From: Betaproteobacteria bacterium UBA5216
GTDB taxonomy: Bacteria > Pseudomonadota > Gammaproteobacteria > Burkholderiales > SG8-41
Assembly (NCBI GenBank): GCA_002412495.1
Contig: DHVE01000021.1
Span: forward strand, 14,126-78,125
DNA length: 64,000 bases
Direction: 5' to 3'
Shown here piece after piece: positions 18,648-27,800 of this stretch. Both the position numbers and the translations under genes were made by a program. A model generated the notes under the pieces. The model was not told the DNA's origin. It ran no database searches and saw only the letters and a program-made list of their open reading frames with translations. The stretch's first letter is position 1. Every line of letters starts with the position of its first letter.

Positions 18648-19763
18648 ATGTCTAAAGTTGCAGTCATCGGTAACACCGCACGCGCGATCGGCGCCGTATG
18701 TGCGTCCGATCTCACGTTGTCCGGCCACCAGGTTCGCTTTGCGGTATTTCCAGAGCAGATGGATCAGCTCCCGGCGCTGCGCAAGGCGGGCGGCTTCACT
18801 GTCGAAGGGGACGCGAAACACCTGGTGTCGAAGAAGACCGGCTTCGCCAAGCTCGACAAAATTTGCGACTCCACCGCCGAAGCCCTGAAGGACGCCGAGG
18901 CCGTGTTGATCGAAGTGGACATGCATCAGCTTGAGGCCAAATTCAAAGCGATGATTCCCGAATTTGCGCGCGGCGCCGTGGTGCATGTGCAGAGCCACGG
19001 CTACTGGCCGGCAGCGAGGCTCACGCCGATGTTGAAGAAGGCGGGGCGTGAAGATGTGCTGGTAACCGAAGCGCCCGCGCCCACGCATGCGGCGCGTTAT
19101 AGCGGCACGGTGGTAACGCCCAAGGGGCTGCGCAAGGGCATCCAGATCGCCACGGTGCCGGCATCGCGTATGGACGAAGCGCTTGCGGCGTTAAAGCCGC
19201 TGTTCCCTGATTTCACGGCGGCGTCTTCGGTGCTGCAAACCGGGCTGGAGAATCTGAATCTCATCGTGCATCCGGCGATGGTGTTGCCCAACGTCGGCGC
19301 GATGGAGCGCGCGAAACTCGACGGCCGGCAGTTTGGTTTTTACCAGGAGGGCGTGGTGCCCGCCGCGGGCGTGCTGGGTGATGCGCTCGACGCCGAGCGC
19401 AAGCGCGTGTGCGAGGCTTATGGCGTGGTGCACACCTCGATGGCAAAAGCGATTGAGCAGTACTACGGCTTCAAGAGCGACTCGTTTTACGAGGCGATGC
19501 ACAACCCGGTATACAAATCGTTTCCACCGTTTCAGCCCGACGTCTGGCGCACGTGGGCCGCGGACGATTTGCCCTATGCCATCGTGCCGTGCGTGCAGTT
19601 GGCCGAACAGGCGGGCATTGCTGTTCCGCTGCACCGATCGTTTGCGGAGATACTCGGCGTGCTGCTCGGCGTTGATACGTGGACGTGGGGGCCTTCACTG
19701 GCCGACATGGATCTCGCCGGCACGCCAATCGATGTAAAAAAACGCATGTTGGGAGGAGCCTGA
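18648..19763 (+). CDS. NAD/NADP octopine/nopaline (opine) dehydrogenase family protein
   Basis: N-terminal Rossmann-like strand, L.NLNLIVHP, FYQEGV, LDAER, DDLPYAIVP. Confidence 0.75.
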   Translation: MSKVAVIGNTARAIGAVCASDLTLSGHQVRFAVFPEQMDQLPALRKAGGFTVEGDAKHLVSKKTGFAKLDKICDSTAEALKDAEAVLIEVDMHQLEAKFKAMIPEFARGAVVHVQSHGYWPAARLTPMLKKAGREDVLVTEAPAPTHAARYSGTVVTPKGLRKGIQIATVPASRMDEALAALKPLFPDFTAASSVLQTGLENLNLIVHPAMVLPNVGAMERAKLDGRQFGFYQEGVVPAAGVLGDALDAERKRVCEAYGVVHTSMAKAIEQYYGFKSDSFYEAMHNPVYKSFPPFQPDVWRTWAADDLPYAIVPCVQLAEQAGIAVPLHRSFAEILGVLLGVDTWTWGPSLADMDLAGTPIDVKKRMLGGA

Positions 19764-19765
19764 CC

Positions 19766-20725
19766 ATGAAACGAGTCTTGGCAGTTGGAGTAATTGCAGT
19801 CACGGCGTCGGGCGCGTTTGCCGCCGATTATCCGGTCAAGGCGATTCGTATCGTCTCGCCGTTTCCGCCGGGCGGCAGCGTCGATCTCGTCGCGCGCATT
19901 CTGGGCGCGGACCTGGGCAAGGTGCTTGGCCAGCAGATCGTCGTCGACAATCGCAGCGGCGCCACTGGCATGATCGGCACCGAGATGGCGAAAAACGCGC
20001 CGCCCGATGGCTACACGCTGCTCATCAACACCTTGCCCTTCGTGACCAACCAGTTCGCGTATGCCAAAACGCCCTACGACCCGGTCAACGATTTCGCGCC
20101 CGTTTCGCTGCTGGCTTCGGTGGCGTCGGTGCTGGTGTCGCATCCCGCGCTGCCAGTGACGTCGATGAAAGACCTGATCGCGCTCGCACGGGCCAAACCC
20201 AACGCGATTACCTACGGCACGGCGGGCGCGGGCTCGAATCCCCACATCGCGGGCGAGCTGCTCAACAACCTCGCCAAGATCAAACTCCTCGCCGTGCATT
20301 ACAAGGGCGGCGGGCCGGCGACGATCGCAACGTTGAGCGGCGAGACCCAGCTCTATTTCGTCAATGCCATACCGGAAGCGGTTCCGCACCTCCAGGCGAA
20401 GCGGTTGAAGGCGCTGGGCATCACCGATACCAAGCGCAACGCCAGCGCCCCGCAGATTCCGACGATGGCAGAGGCGGGCCTGCCCGGCTACGAGTTCGTG
20501 ACGTGGCAAATACTCGCGGCGCCGAAGGCCACGCCCGCGACTATCATCGCGGCACTCAACGAAAAAATTCGGGCTGTGCTGAAGACGCCCGAAGCCATGA
20601 AGCGCTGGCAGGATCGTGGGTTGGACGTGATCGCGAGCACACCCGATGAGATGGCCGCGCATCTCGCGCGGGAAATCAAGAAGTGGGGCGCCGTGTTCAG
20701 GGAGCAGGGCATCCGGGCGGAGTAG
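19766..20725 (+). CDS. TctC/Bug substrate-binding protein
   Basis: ATG 19766 after GGAGG; YPVKAIRIVSPFPPGGSVD, HYKGGGP. Confidence 0.93.
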   Translation: MKRVLAVGVIAVTASGAFAADYPVKAIRIVSPFPPGGSVDLVARILGADLGKVLGQQIVVDNRSGATGMIGTEMAKNAPPDGYTLLINTLPFVTNQFAYAKTPYDPVNDFAPVSLLASVASVLVSHPALPVTSMKDLIALARAKPNAITYGTAGAGSNPHIAGELLNNLAKIKLLAVHYKGGGPATIATLSGETQLYFVNAIPEAVPHLQAKRLKALGITDTKRNASAPQIPTMAEAGLPGYEFVTWQILAAPKATPATIIAALNEKIRAVLKTPEAMKRWQDRGLDVIASTPDEMAAHLAREIKKWGAVFREQGIRAE

Positions 20726-20780
20726 TACGCAGCCGTAGAAGCCCCTTCCCCTTCACGGCAAATTTATACATACATCTCCC

Positions 20781-20904
20781 GTAGCCCGGAAGTAGCGCAG
20801 CGTATTCCGGGAGGAAGCACCGTGCAACCGAAGTGCGCGATTTTATCCATCATTCGTTCCCCGGAATACGGCCATAAAAAACCATCGCCTACTTCCGGGC
20901 TTGC
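20781..20904. repeat. GTAG-family REP pair (REPIN-like)
   Basis: gtagcccggaagtagcgcagcgtattccggga ... ccccggaatacg...ctacttccgggcttgc, inverted copies between convergent genes. Confidence 0.75.
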
Positions 20905-20905
20905 T

Positions 20906-21340
20906 TCATTTGCCTTCTTTTTTCATATTTGGCAGTGCGCCAGAACCCACGCCGACTTGCGAATTGAGGATTGTCGGCTCTGATAGGTCTACGCCAATCG
21001 CTTTCCCTGCTTTCACAAGGTCAAAGTAAAAGGGGTGCGTTGAACTCAGATGTACGTATTCAAGCATCCGACCGAGCGTTGAACTATTTGAGATCTGGAC
21101 TAGTGTACGGAGCGCCTCAGCGCCGTGACTCTCGAGTAAATCCTGCACAGGTCCGGTTCCTATCAGGCCGTACTCCCAATCCTCCGTCACGATATCTGCC
21201 AACTCTAGGACAAACTCGACACCCCCATGCAAATCTAAACCCAAGGTTTGCAACGACGCCTTGGCCTTCGTGAGGTCAACGTCCTTGGGGTGATGAAGTT
21301 CCAAGTAAATTAGGAAGAGTGATTCATCGGTCGGGGTCAT
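20906..21340 (-). CDS. Hypothetical protein, low GC (resembles DUF6869-type 'GPLEDLL' proteins)
   Basis: 144-aa ORF with IGTGPVQDLLESHG. Confidence 0.6.
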   Translation of the reverse strand: MTPTDESLFLIYLELHHPKDVDLTKAKASLQTLGLDLHGGVEFVLELADIVTEDWEYGLIGTGPVQDLLESHGAEALRTLVQISNSSTLGRMLEYVHLSSTHPFYFDLVKAGKAIGVDLSEPTILNSQVGVGSGALPNMKKEGK

Positions 21341-21695
21341 ATTGCGCTAACAGGTTATTGTAGTGACAAACGCGCCTCTTCATGAAAAAGTAGTAGAGCT
21401 GGACAGGTTGCAGCATCAGGGAACGCGCAAAGCATGAACGCGCCGTGAATCTTAAATATAACAGAGAGCGTCAGGTTGTGGCCGGCTTGAGCCAGTGGGA
21501 CGCCAAGCATGGATTACTCATAAGCGGAAACTGCCAGCAGGTCAGTCCGGACTTGCACATTTGACATCAGCCATGCCGTGCATGCAGTCTTCCGAACCGA
21601 CGAGGCGCGCAGTGCCACTGCACCGCGCGTCCACAAAGATTCTCAGCGCCGGCAATGTTGCACCCGACCGCAGCTCGCCAAGCTCCCTCTAGCAC

Positions 21696-23372
21696 CTACG
21701 CAGACTTGGCCGCGTGCTTGGCCGGATGCGCGCGGCGGATGGTCGGCGACGTGACCCGATCTGACACATGAAAATCCCACACTGCCGCGCCGCCCTTCTT
21801 GGAAAACTCCTGCACCAGCTTCGGCAGATCGGTTAGGCTGCTGAACGTTTTACCTTCAAGCCCGAAGCCGCGCGCGATGGCGGCAAAATCGGGGCGGCCG
21901 AATACCGAGCCGGTGTCGGGAAAGCCTTCCGAACGCAGCTTGTGTATCTCTGAGCCGTAGGCGCCGTCGTTGAGCAGCACGATCAGGATATTCATGCCGT
22001 GGCGTTTGATGGTTTCGAGTTCCTGAATATGCATCACAAAGCTGCCGTCGCCGTCGAACAGCACCACGGTTTTGTCGGGGCGCGCGGCGGCAACGCCCAT
22101 GGCGAACGAGGTGCCGTTGCCGATGGCGCCGAATTCGCGGATGGTGAGAAAGCGTTCGTTCGGACGCGATGGCATCTGTGCAAAAAACCACGAGCAGTGG
22201 CCGCCGGAGTTCACGAGTTCCCAGTCCGCGGGCAGGGCTTTTTCAAGCGAGGCGATTAATTCGCGCGGATCGAGCAAGTCCGGTTCGACTTCAAACACGT
22301 GGCTGTCGGGTTTGGTGTCGCGGATGCGCGCGGCCATGGCCTCGGTGCGCCATTTGTTGCCGCGCTCCGGTATGGCTGCCGTCAAAGCATCAACACCCAG
22401 GCGCGCGTCGGCGCGCAGGTGGTTCTTCGCCACTTCCTGGCCTTGGGCCACGGCGACCGGATCGATGTCGATGTGCAGCATTTTCGCCTTGCGCCACAGT
22501 TGCCCGCCGCCACCGGCATGAAACGCCAGCGAGCCGCCGACCACAATCACCAGATCAGCCTGCGCCAGATATTCAAGCCCGACCTCGGTCGAGAAGCTGC
22601 CCGAGATGCCGATGCAGTACGGGTCGTCGTGAAACAGTCCTCGCGCCGGCAGAGACGTGGTGAGCAGCGCGCCTGTTTTCGCGGCCAGCGCGCGGCACGC
22701 GGCGGCTGCCTTTGACTGGGCGGCGCCCAGGCCTGCGAAGATCACCACGCGCTCGGCGGACTTGACGAGTTCCGCGGCTTTTGCCACGTCATCCGGATGC
22801 GGCGGAATGGGCGACAGGCGCGGCATGATTTGTGCGGAGGGCGTGGGCAATTGCTCCGGCCCCGTCCACGGCCGCTCCTGCAAATCGAACGGTATGCCCA
22901 GCACCACCGGACGCCGCTCGCGGCGCGCCTGCAGAAACGCATCGCGTATCGCCACCGGCATGCGCTCGGGCAAGTGCAGCGGATGATAGGCCGCGCCCGT
23001 GGCCTCGATGATCGGCCCCTGATTGAGCATCTGGTTGTACCAACCCATCTTGATCGGCGACTCGCCGGCAAACACCACCATCGGCAGATGCGCGCGCACT
23101 GCCGCCGGCAGCGCCGTAATCAACTGCGTGACGCCGGGGCCGCAGGTGACTGTGGCGACACCCACGTCGCCGGTTTTGCGCGCATAAGCCATCGCGGCGG
23201 CGGCGGCGCAATGCTCGTGCCGTACGTAAATCATGCGGCAACCTTTCGAAGCCAGTGTCGACGCCCAGTTCATGTTTGCATCGCCCATCAGCGTAAAACA
23301 GGTGCTTACGCCTTCCTGGATAAAGCATTTCGCAAGAACATCATAGACATGCAGTTTGGTATCGGTGGTCAT
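21696..23372 (-). CDS. Thiamine-diphosphate-dependent enzyme (acetolactate synthase-like)
   Basis: VRHE, TCGPG, ThDP motif FDGDGSF...LLND; start taken at MTTDTK. Confidence 0.92.
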   Translation of the reverse strand: MTTDTKLHVYDVLAKCFIQEGVSTCFTLMGDANMNWASTLASKGCRMIYVRHEHCAAAAAMAYARKTGDVGVATVTCGPGVTQLITALPAAVRAHLPMVVFAGESPIKMGWYNQMLNQGPIIEATGAAYHPLHLPERMPVAIRDAFLQARRERRPVVLGIPFDLQERPWTGPEQLPTPSAQIMPRLSPIPPHPDDVAKAAELVKSAERVVIFAGLGAAQSKAAAACRALAAKTGALLTTSLPARGLFHDDPYCIGISGSFSTEVGLEYLAQADLVIVVGGSLAFHAGGGGQLWRKAKMLHIDIDPVAVAQGQEVAKNHLRADARLGVDALTAAIPERGNKWRTEAMAARIRDTKPDSHVFEVEPDLLDPRELIASLEKALPADWELVNSGGHCSWFFAQMPSRPNERFLTIREFGAIGNGTSFAMGVAAARPDKTVVLFDGDGSFVMHIQELETIKRHGMNILIVLLNDGAYGSEIHKLRSEGFPDTGSVFGRPDFAAIARGFGLEGKTFSSLTDLPKLVQEFSKKGGAAVWDFHVSDRVTSPTIRRAHPAKHAAKSA

Positions 23373-23443
23373 GGTGGCGCCTTCGATAAGTTGAATTGTT
23401 ACAGGAGGGGAATGGCAATAAGTATACAAGGTAAAATCGCTGC

Positions 23444-24412
23444 ATGAGATTCAAGTCCGTACTTGCCATGGCGTTCGCAGCGGTCGCAGGGCGTGCCCCT
23501 GCACAAGACGCCGCCCAGTATCCGGTAAGGCCGATACGCCTGATCGTGCCGTTCGCCCCCGGTGGCGGACTCGACATCAGCGCGCGCCTGATCGGCCACA
23601 AACTTACCGAGCGGTGGGGGCAGAATGTCGTGGTCGATTCGCGTCCGGGTGCGGCCACCATCGTCGGCACGGAAATCGCATCGAAGGCCGCGCCCGATGG
23701 CTACACCGTGTTGATGATTACCACCACGTTCGCCATCAATCCGGGCCTGTATGCCAAGCTGCCCTATGATCCCGCCAGGGACTTTACACCCGTCACGCAA
23801 CTGAATTCGCAGCCCAACGTGGTGGTGGTCGCCCCCAGCTTTGCGGGCAAATCCGTTGAAGACCTGATCGCACAAGCCAAGGCCAAGCCGGGCGCGCTGA
23901 CGTTTGCCTCACCCGGCGCCGGCTCAGCACCCCATCTCGCGGCGGAAATGTTCCAGCGCGCGGCAGGTGTCAGCATGATTCATGTGCCCTACAAAGGCAT
24001 TCCCGCCGCCGTGACGGATGTCATCGGCGGGCGCGTCACCATGTTGTTCACCACTACCATTTCCGCCGCGCCGCATGTGAACTCCGGCAAGATGCGCGCG
24101 ATTGCCATCACCAGCGCCAAGCGTCAGGCGAGCATGCCCGGCGTGCCGACGGTGGGCGAAACCTTGCCCGGCTATCGCGCCGAAGCGTTTCAGGGCATGG
24201 TGGTGCCGGCGGGCACGCCACGAACTGTGGTCGAAAAACTCGCAGTGGAAGTTGCGCGCATTATCAAACTGCCGGACGTGGCCCAGCGGTTTCAGCTCGA
24301 CGGCGCCGAAGGCGTGGGTAGCACGCCGGTGGAGTTCGCGCTGTTTCTCAAGGCCGAGATGGTGAAGTGGAGCAAAGTGATCAAGGATGCGGGGATCAGG
24401 GCGGAGCAGTGA
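23444..24412 (+). CDS. TctC/Bug substrate-binding protein
   Basis: YPVRPIRLIVPFAPGGGLD, HVPYKG. Confidence 0.93.
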   Translation: MRFKSVLAMAFAAVAGRAPAQDAAQYPVRPIRLIVPFAPGGGLDISARLIGHKLTERWGQNVVVDSRPGAATIVGTEIASKAAPDGYTVLMITTTFAINPGLYAKLPYDPARDFTPVTQLNSQPNVVVVAPSFAGKSVEDLIAQAKAKPGALTFASPGAGSAPHLAAEMFQRAAGVSMIHVPYKGIPAAVTDVIGGRVTMLFTTTISAAPHVNSGKMRAIAITSAKRQASMPGVPTVGETLPGYRAEAFQGMVVPAGTPRTVVEKLAVEVARIIKLPDVAQRFQLDGAEGVGSTPVEFALFLKAEMVKWSKVIKDAGIRAEQ

Positions 24413-24504
24413 GCTAGATCAACCGCAAATCGGCGCAGGCACCGGAAAAAGCGAATCCTGATTTCTTGACACTTACTTTTCTTGCTGACAAGCAGATCAG
24501 GTGA

Positions 24505-24518
24505 TACCTTTATAGGTA
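24505..24518. promoter_or_regulatory. Candidate antitoxin operator palindrome
   Basis: TACCT-ttat-AGGTA about 20 nt upstream of the antitoxin start. Confidence 0.4.
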
Positions 24519-24538
24519 CTTAAAAGGAATGCCCGTCC

Positions 24539-24826
24539 ATGGATATCACCGAAGACATACAAGCGCTGACCACGTTCCGCAACAACTCGGCTGCGTTTCT
24601 TCAGCGCCTTAAAAAGACCAAGCGACCACTGGTACTCACGGTAAATGGCAAAGCTGCCGCCGTGGTGCAGGACGCCGCCGCCTATCAGCGGCTGCTTGAT
24701 ATCGCGGCGCAGGCCGATGCGTTGGAAGGCATTCGGCAAGGCCGCGATGACGTGAAGAACGGGCGCACTCATGATGCACGCTCGGCGTTAACCGCATTCC
24801 GGCGGGATCGTGGCTTGGCGCGTTAG
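24539..24826 (+). CDS. Type II antitoxin, Phd/YefM family
   Basis: DIQALTTFR, RPLVLTVNGKAAAVVQD...YQ. Confidence 0.9.
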   Translation: MDITEDIQALTTFRNNSAAFLQRLKKTKRPLVLTVNGKAAAVVQDAAAYQRLLDIAAQADALEGIRQGRDDVKNGRTHDARSALTAFRRDRGLAR

Positions 24827-25112
24827 GCTTGCCAACCGGGCGCTGCGCGACCTCGACCAGATCTTCACCTACATAGAGGCCGATTCGTCCGTGCAGGCGG
24901 CGCGGTGGTTCGCGCGCTTGGAGCGGGCGATTTTCAGCCTTGAGACCTTGCCGCAGCGAGGCACACGCGTGCGAGAAGATGCAGGCCTGCTGCAGCTACT
25001 ACATGGGCGCAAACCCTATGTCTATCGGGTCATTTACGAAGTAGACAAGGCGACGACGACGGTGCATGTGCTGCACATCCGTGGCCCGCGTCGTGATAGG
25101 ATCAAGCGCTAA
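24810..25112 (+). CDS. Type II toxin, RelE/ParE family
   Basis: Overlaps antitoxin; ALRDLDQIFTYI, L..LP.RG, YRVIYEV, VLHIR. Confidence 0.88.
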   Translation: MAWRVRLANRALRDLDQIFTYIEADSSVQAARWFARLERAIFSLETLPQRGTRVREDAGLLQLLHGRKPYVYRVIYEVDKATTTVHVLHIRGPRRDRIKR

Positions 25113-25127
25113 AACGGTTGCGCTGTA

Positions 25128-26180
25128 TCAAGCCTTCAACCCCGGAAACAACCGCAGCGCATTCCCTCGATCAATCGCCATCAGATCAGCCGCACTCAAT
25201 CCACCCTTCACCAAATCCCCCGTGACTTTGCGCCCATCCCAGAACGGATAATCCGTGCCGTAAAGTATTTGCGACGGCGGGATGATGGCGAGCAGCGCTT
25301 TGAGTGCGCCTTCATGATGGCCTTGCGCGGTGTCATAGTTGAATTTGCGCAGTTCGTGCATGACGCCGCGCGGCAACGCGGCCCGGAAGTCTTTTTCGAC
25401 TTCTTCGCGTTGGTAGCGCGACAGCAGAAACGGCGTGACGCCACCGCTGTGGGAGAAAATCCATTGAATGTCGGGGAATTTTGCGGCACCCCCCTGGAAC
25501 ATCAGACTCACCATGGTGCGTGTGGTGTCCACCGGGCCTTCGATGGCGTTGATGGAGACGAAGGGTTGCAGGCCGCCGCAGCACGCGGGGGTGGTCGGGT
25601 GTGTGTAGACCACGGCCTTGCGGCGGTTGAGTTCTTCGAGGATCGGCCAGTGGCTCGGGTCGCCGAGGTATTTGCCGTTGTAGCTGGTCATGAGTGAAAT
25701 GCCGTCGGCCTTGAGTGTGTCGAAGGCGTAGGCGATTTCCGCGAGGCTGTCCTCGACGCTTGCGAACGGCAGCGTCGCGAGCAACCGAAAGCGCGTGGGA
25801 CGGTCGCTCACCATTTTGGCGCCGGCGTCGTTGATGTCGCGCGCGAGTTTCTTGCGGAAGGCCGGGTCGCCGAAGGTGACGCCCGGCGGCGGCGGGCTGA
25901 TCATGCCGGTGGCGATGCCGCTCTTGTCCATTTCATCAAGCGACGCCTGCACGGACCACTGCACCGGCCGGAATTTGTTTGCCTTCAACGCCGCCACGTA
26001 AGCGTCCGGGACGTAGTGGTGGTGAACGTCGATGCGGAAGGGCTGGCCCGGTGTGCTGGTCGCGGCGGTTTGGCAGCCCGGCAGCAGCGCGCCAGCGCCG
26101 AGTGCGCCTAACGTGCCGATCCCGGCGAGCACGCGACGGCGTTGCTGATTGGAGACTTGATTTTCGGGAGCGGTATTCAT
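25128..26180 (-). CDS. Amidohydrolase-2 family (ACMSD/decarboxylase-like) with Tat/lipoprotein-like leader
   Basis: IDVHHH, YTHP, SHSGG, YDTA, YGTDYP; leader QQRRRVL...LLPGC; start at MNTAP after GGAGG. Confidence 0.88.
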   Translation of the reverse strand: MNTAPENQVSNQQRRRVLAGIGTLGALGAGALLPGCQTAATSTPGQPFRIDVHHHYVPDAYVAALKANKFRPVQWSVQASLDEMDKSGIATGMISPPPPGVTFGDPAFRKKLARDINDAGAKMVSDRPTRFRLLATLPFASVEDSLAEIAYAFDTLKADGISLMTSYNGKYLGDPSHWPILEELNRRKAVVYTHPTTPACCGGLQPFVSINAIEGPVDTTRTMVSLMFQGGAAKFPDIQWIFSHSGGVTPFLLSRYQREEVEKDFRAALPRGVMHELRKFNYDTAQGHHEGALKALLAIIPPSQILYGTDYPFWDGRKVTGDLVKGGLSAADLMAIDRGNALRLFPGLKA

Positions 26181-26251
26181 GGTATTTCCTCCAGAGCGAG
26201 TGACCGAATTTTCTAAGTGGTGACGGTTGCTTATCCGCGCTACATCGTTTT

Positions 26252-26283
26252 CCCTCACCCTGCCCTCTCCCGCCGGGAGAGGG
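26252..26283. repeat. Single REP-like unit
   Basis: ccctcaccctgccctctcccgccgggagaggg. Confidence 0.7.
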
Positions 26284-26292
26284 TTCAAAGCC

Positions 26293-27288
26293 TTACAACT
26301 TTAGCAGTTTCGCGGCATTGTTCCACAGTATCTGCTGCTTTTGCTCGCCACTGAGCGATTTCACGCCGTCGACAAACTTCACCGGCTCTTCGTAGGCGAT
26401 ATCAAAGCAGTAGTCGCTGCCGACCATGATGCGATCCACGCCGACGAGTTTGATCAGGTATTCGAGAATTTCTTCGTTGTAGCTGATGGTGTCGTAGGTG
26501 AAGCGTTTCAGATATTCGCTCGGCGGGCGCGGCAGGTGTTTACATTCGGCGCGGATGACGAAGCCGCGATCCATGCGGCCACGCAGAATTGGCAACGCGC
26601 CGCCGGCATGCGGCAGGCTGATTTCGAGTTTGGGAAACGCATCGAGTACACCGCCGAATATCAGGTGACACGCGGCGAGCGCGGTGTCGAACGGGTTGCC
26701 GCAGATGTTGACCAGATAAAACTGCTTCATGCGCTCGTTGTTGATCATCATCGGGTGCAGGAAGATCGGCAGGCCTAGTTCCTCGCAGCGCGCGTAGACC
26801 GGGAAAAAACTGCGGTCGGACAACTCGCGGTCGCGAATCGCGGTGGCGAGATAGACACCTTTGACGCCGGGCAACTTGGCGGCGCGGTTCAGTTCCGCCA
26901 GGGCGAGCGTCGGGTTCTGCATCGGCAGGCAGGCAAAGCCGATGAAGCGCGTGGGGTGCGCTTGGTGCGCGGCGCTGATGGCGTCGTTGTAGGCCATGCA
27001 CAATTCAACGCCGAGGTCATCGTCGGCCCAGTACACCATCGGCTGCGTGAGCGAGAGCGCGTGCATGCCCACGCCCTGCGCGTCCATGAGTTTGATGCGC
27101 TTGTCGAGATCAATGAATTCCGGCGTGATCGGTCCGGTGCGCAGATTGAGGCCTACCTGAATAAATGTCGCGTCATTGGCTTCAACAACCGAGGTGCCGA
27201 CGCGGCCGCCATGTTTGGCAATCAGATCGATATACGCCTGCGGAAAATAGTGTGCATGGGTGTCTATGGTTTTGATCGGCGGGGGCAT
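26293..27288 (-). CDS. Amidohydrolase-2 family (ACMSD-like)
   Basis: IDTHAH, FLHP, PHAGG, YDT, VGSDY. Confidence 0.9.
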   Translation of the reverse strand: MPPPIKTIDTHAHYFPQAYIDLIAKHGGRVGTSVVEANDATFIQVGLNLRTGPITPEFIDLDKRIKLMDAQGVGMHALSLTQPMVYWADDDLGVELCMAYNDAISAAHQAHPTRFIGFACLPMQNPTLALAELNRAAKLPGVKGVYLATAIRDRELSDRSFFPVYARCEELGLPIFLHPMMINNERMKQFYLVNICGNPFDTALAACHLIFGGVLDAFPKLEISLPHAGGALPILRGRMDRGFVIRAECKHLPRPPSEYLKRFTYDTISYNEEILEYLIKLVGVDRIMVGSDYCFDIAYEEPVKFVDGVKSLSGEQKQQILWNNAAKLLKL

Positions 27289-27302
27289 GATCTGTTCTCC
27301 GG

Positions 27303-27752
27303 CTACAACAGTTTGTTGATGAATTCCCACTCCGCCGGATCGACCGGAGTTATCGACAGTCGGTTGCCGCGCGCAAGTATGCGCATATTGGCCAGCGCCT
27401 CGTGCGAACGCAGCTCCGGGAGGCCGACGGTGCGGGTTTTTTTGATGAACTTCACATCCACGTGCAGCCAGCGCGGATTGTCGCGCGTGGATTTTTCGTC
27501 GTAGTAAGGGCTTTTTTTGTCGAACTGTGTTTCATCCGGGTAAGCGCGTTTGCAGACTTCGGCAAGGCCGACGATGCCGGGTTCGTCGCAACTGGAATGA
27601 TAGAAAAACACCTTGTCGCCAATGGCCATCTGGTCGCGCATGAAATTGCGCGCCTGATAATTGCGCACGCCGGTCCATGGCGCCGTTTTGTCCTTGGCGA
27701 GTTGATCGATGCTGTAGGCTTCGGGTTCGCTTTTCATCAGCCAGTAACGCAT
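27303..27752 (-). CDS. EVE domain protein
   Basis: YWLMKSEP, WTGVRNYQARN, FFYHS, RLSITPV. Confidence 0.95.
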   Translation of the reverse strand: MRYWLMKSEPEAYSIDQLAKDKTAPWTGVRNYQARNFMRDQMAIGDKVFFYHSSCDEPGIVGLAEVCKRAYPDETQFDKKSPYYDEKSTRDNPRWLHVDVKFIKKTRTVGLPELRSHEALANMRILARGNRLSITPVDPAEWEFINKLL

Positions 27753-27800
27753 GGGTGTGCTCCATAAAAAAATGCGGCGAGGCCGCATGATTTTGAACTG

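Noticed and set aside
21495-21692. 65-aa ORF in the gap
   Set aside because: No SD or recognisable motif; cannot be supported
26181-26288. Longer start for the amidohydrolase
   Set aside because: Runs through a REP; a GGAGG SD supports ATG 26180
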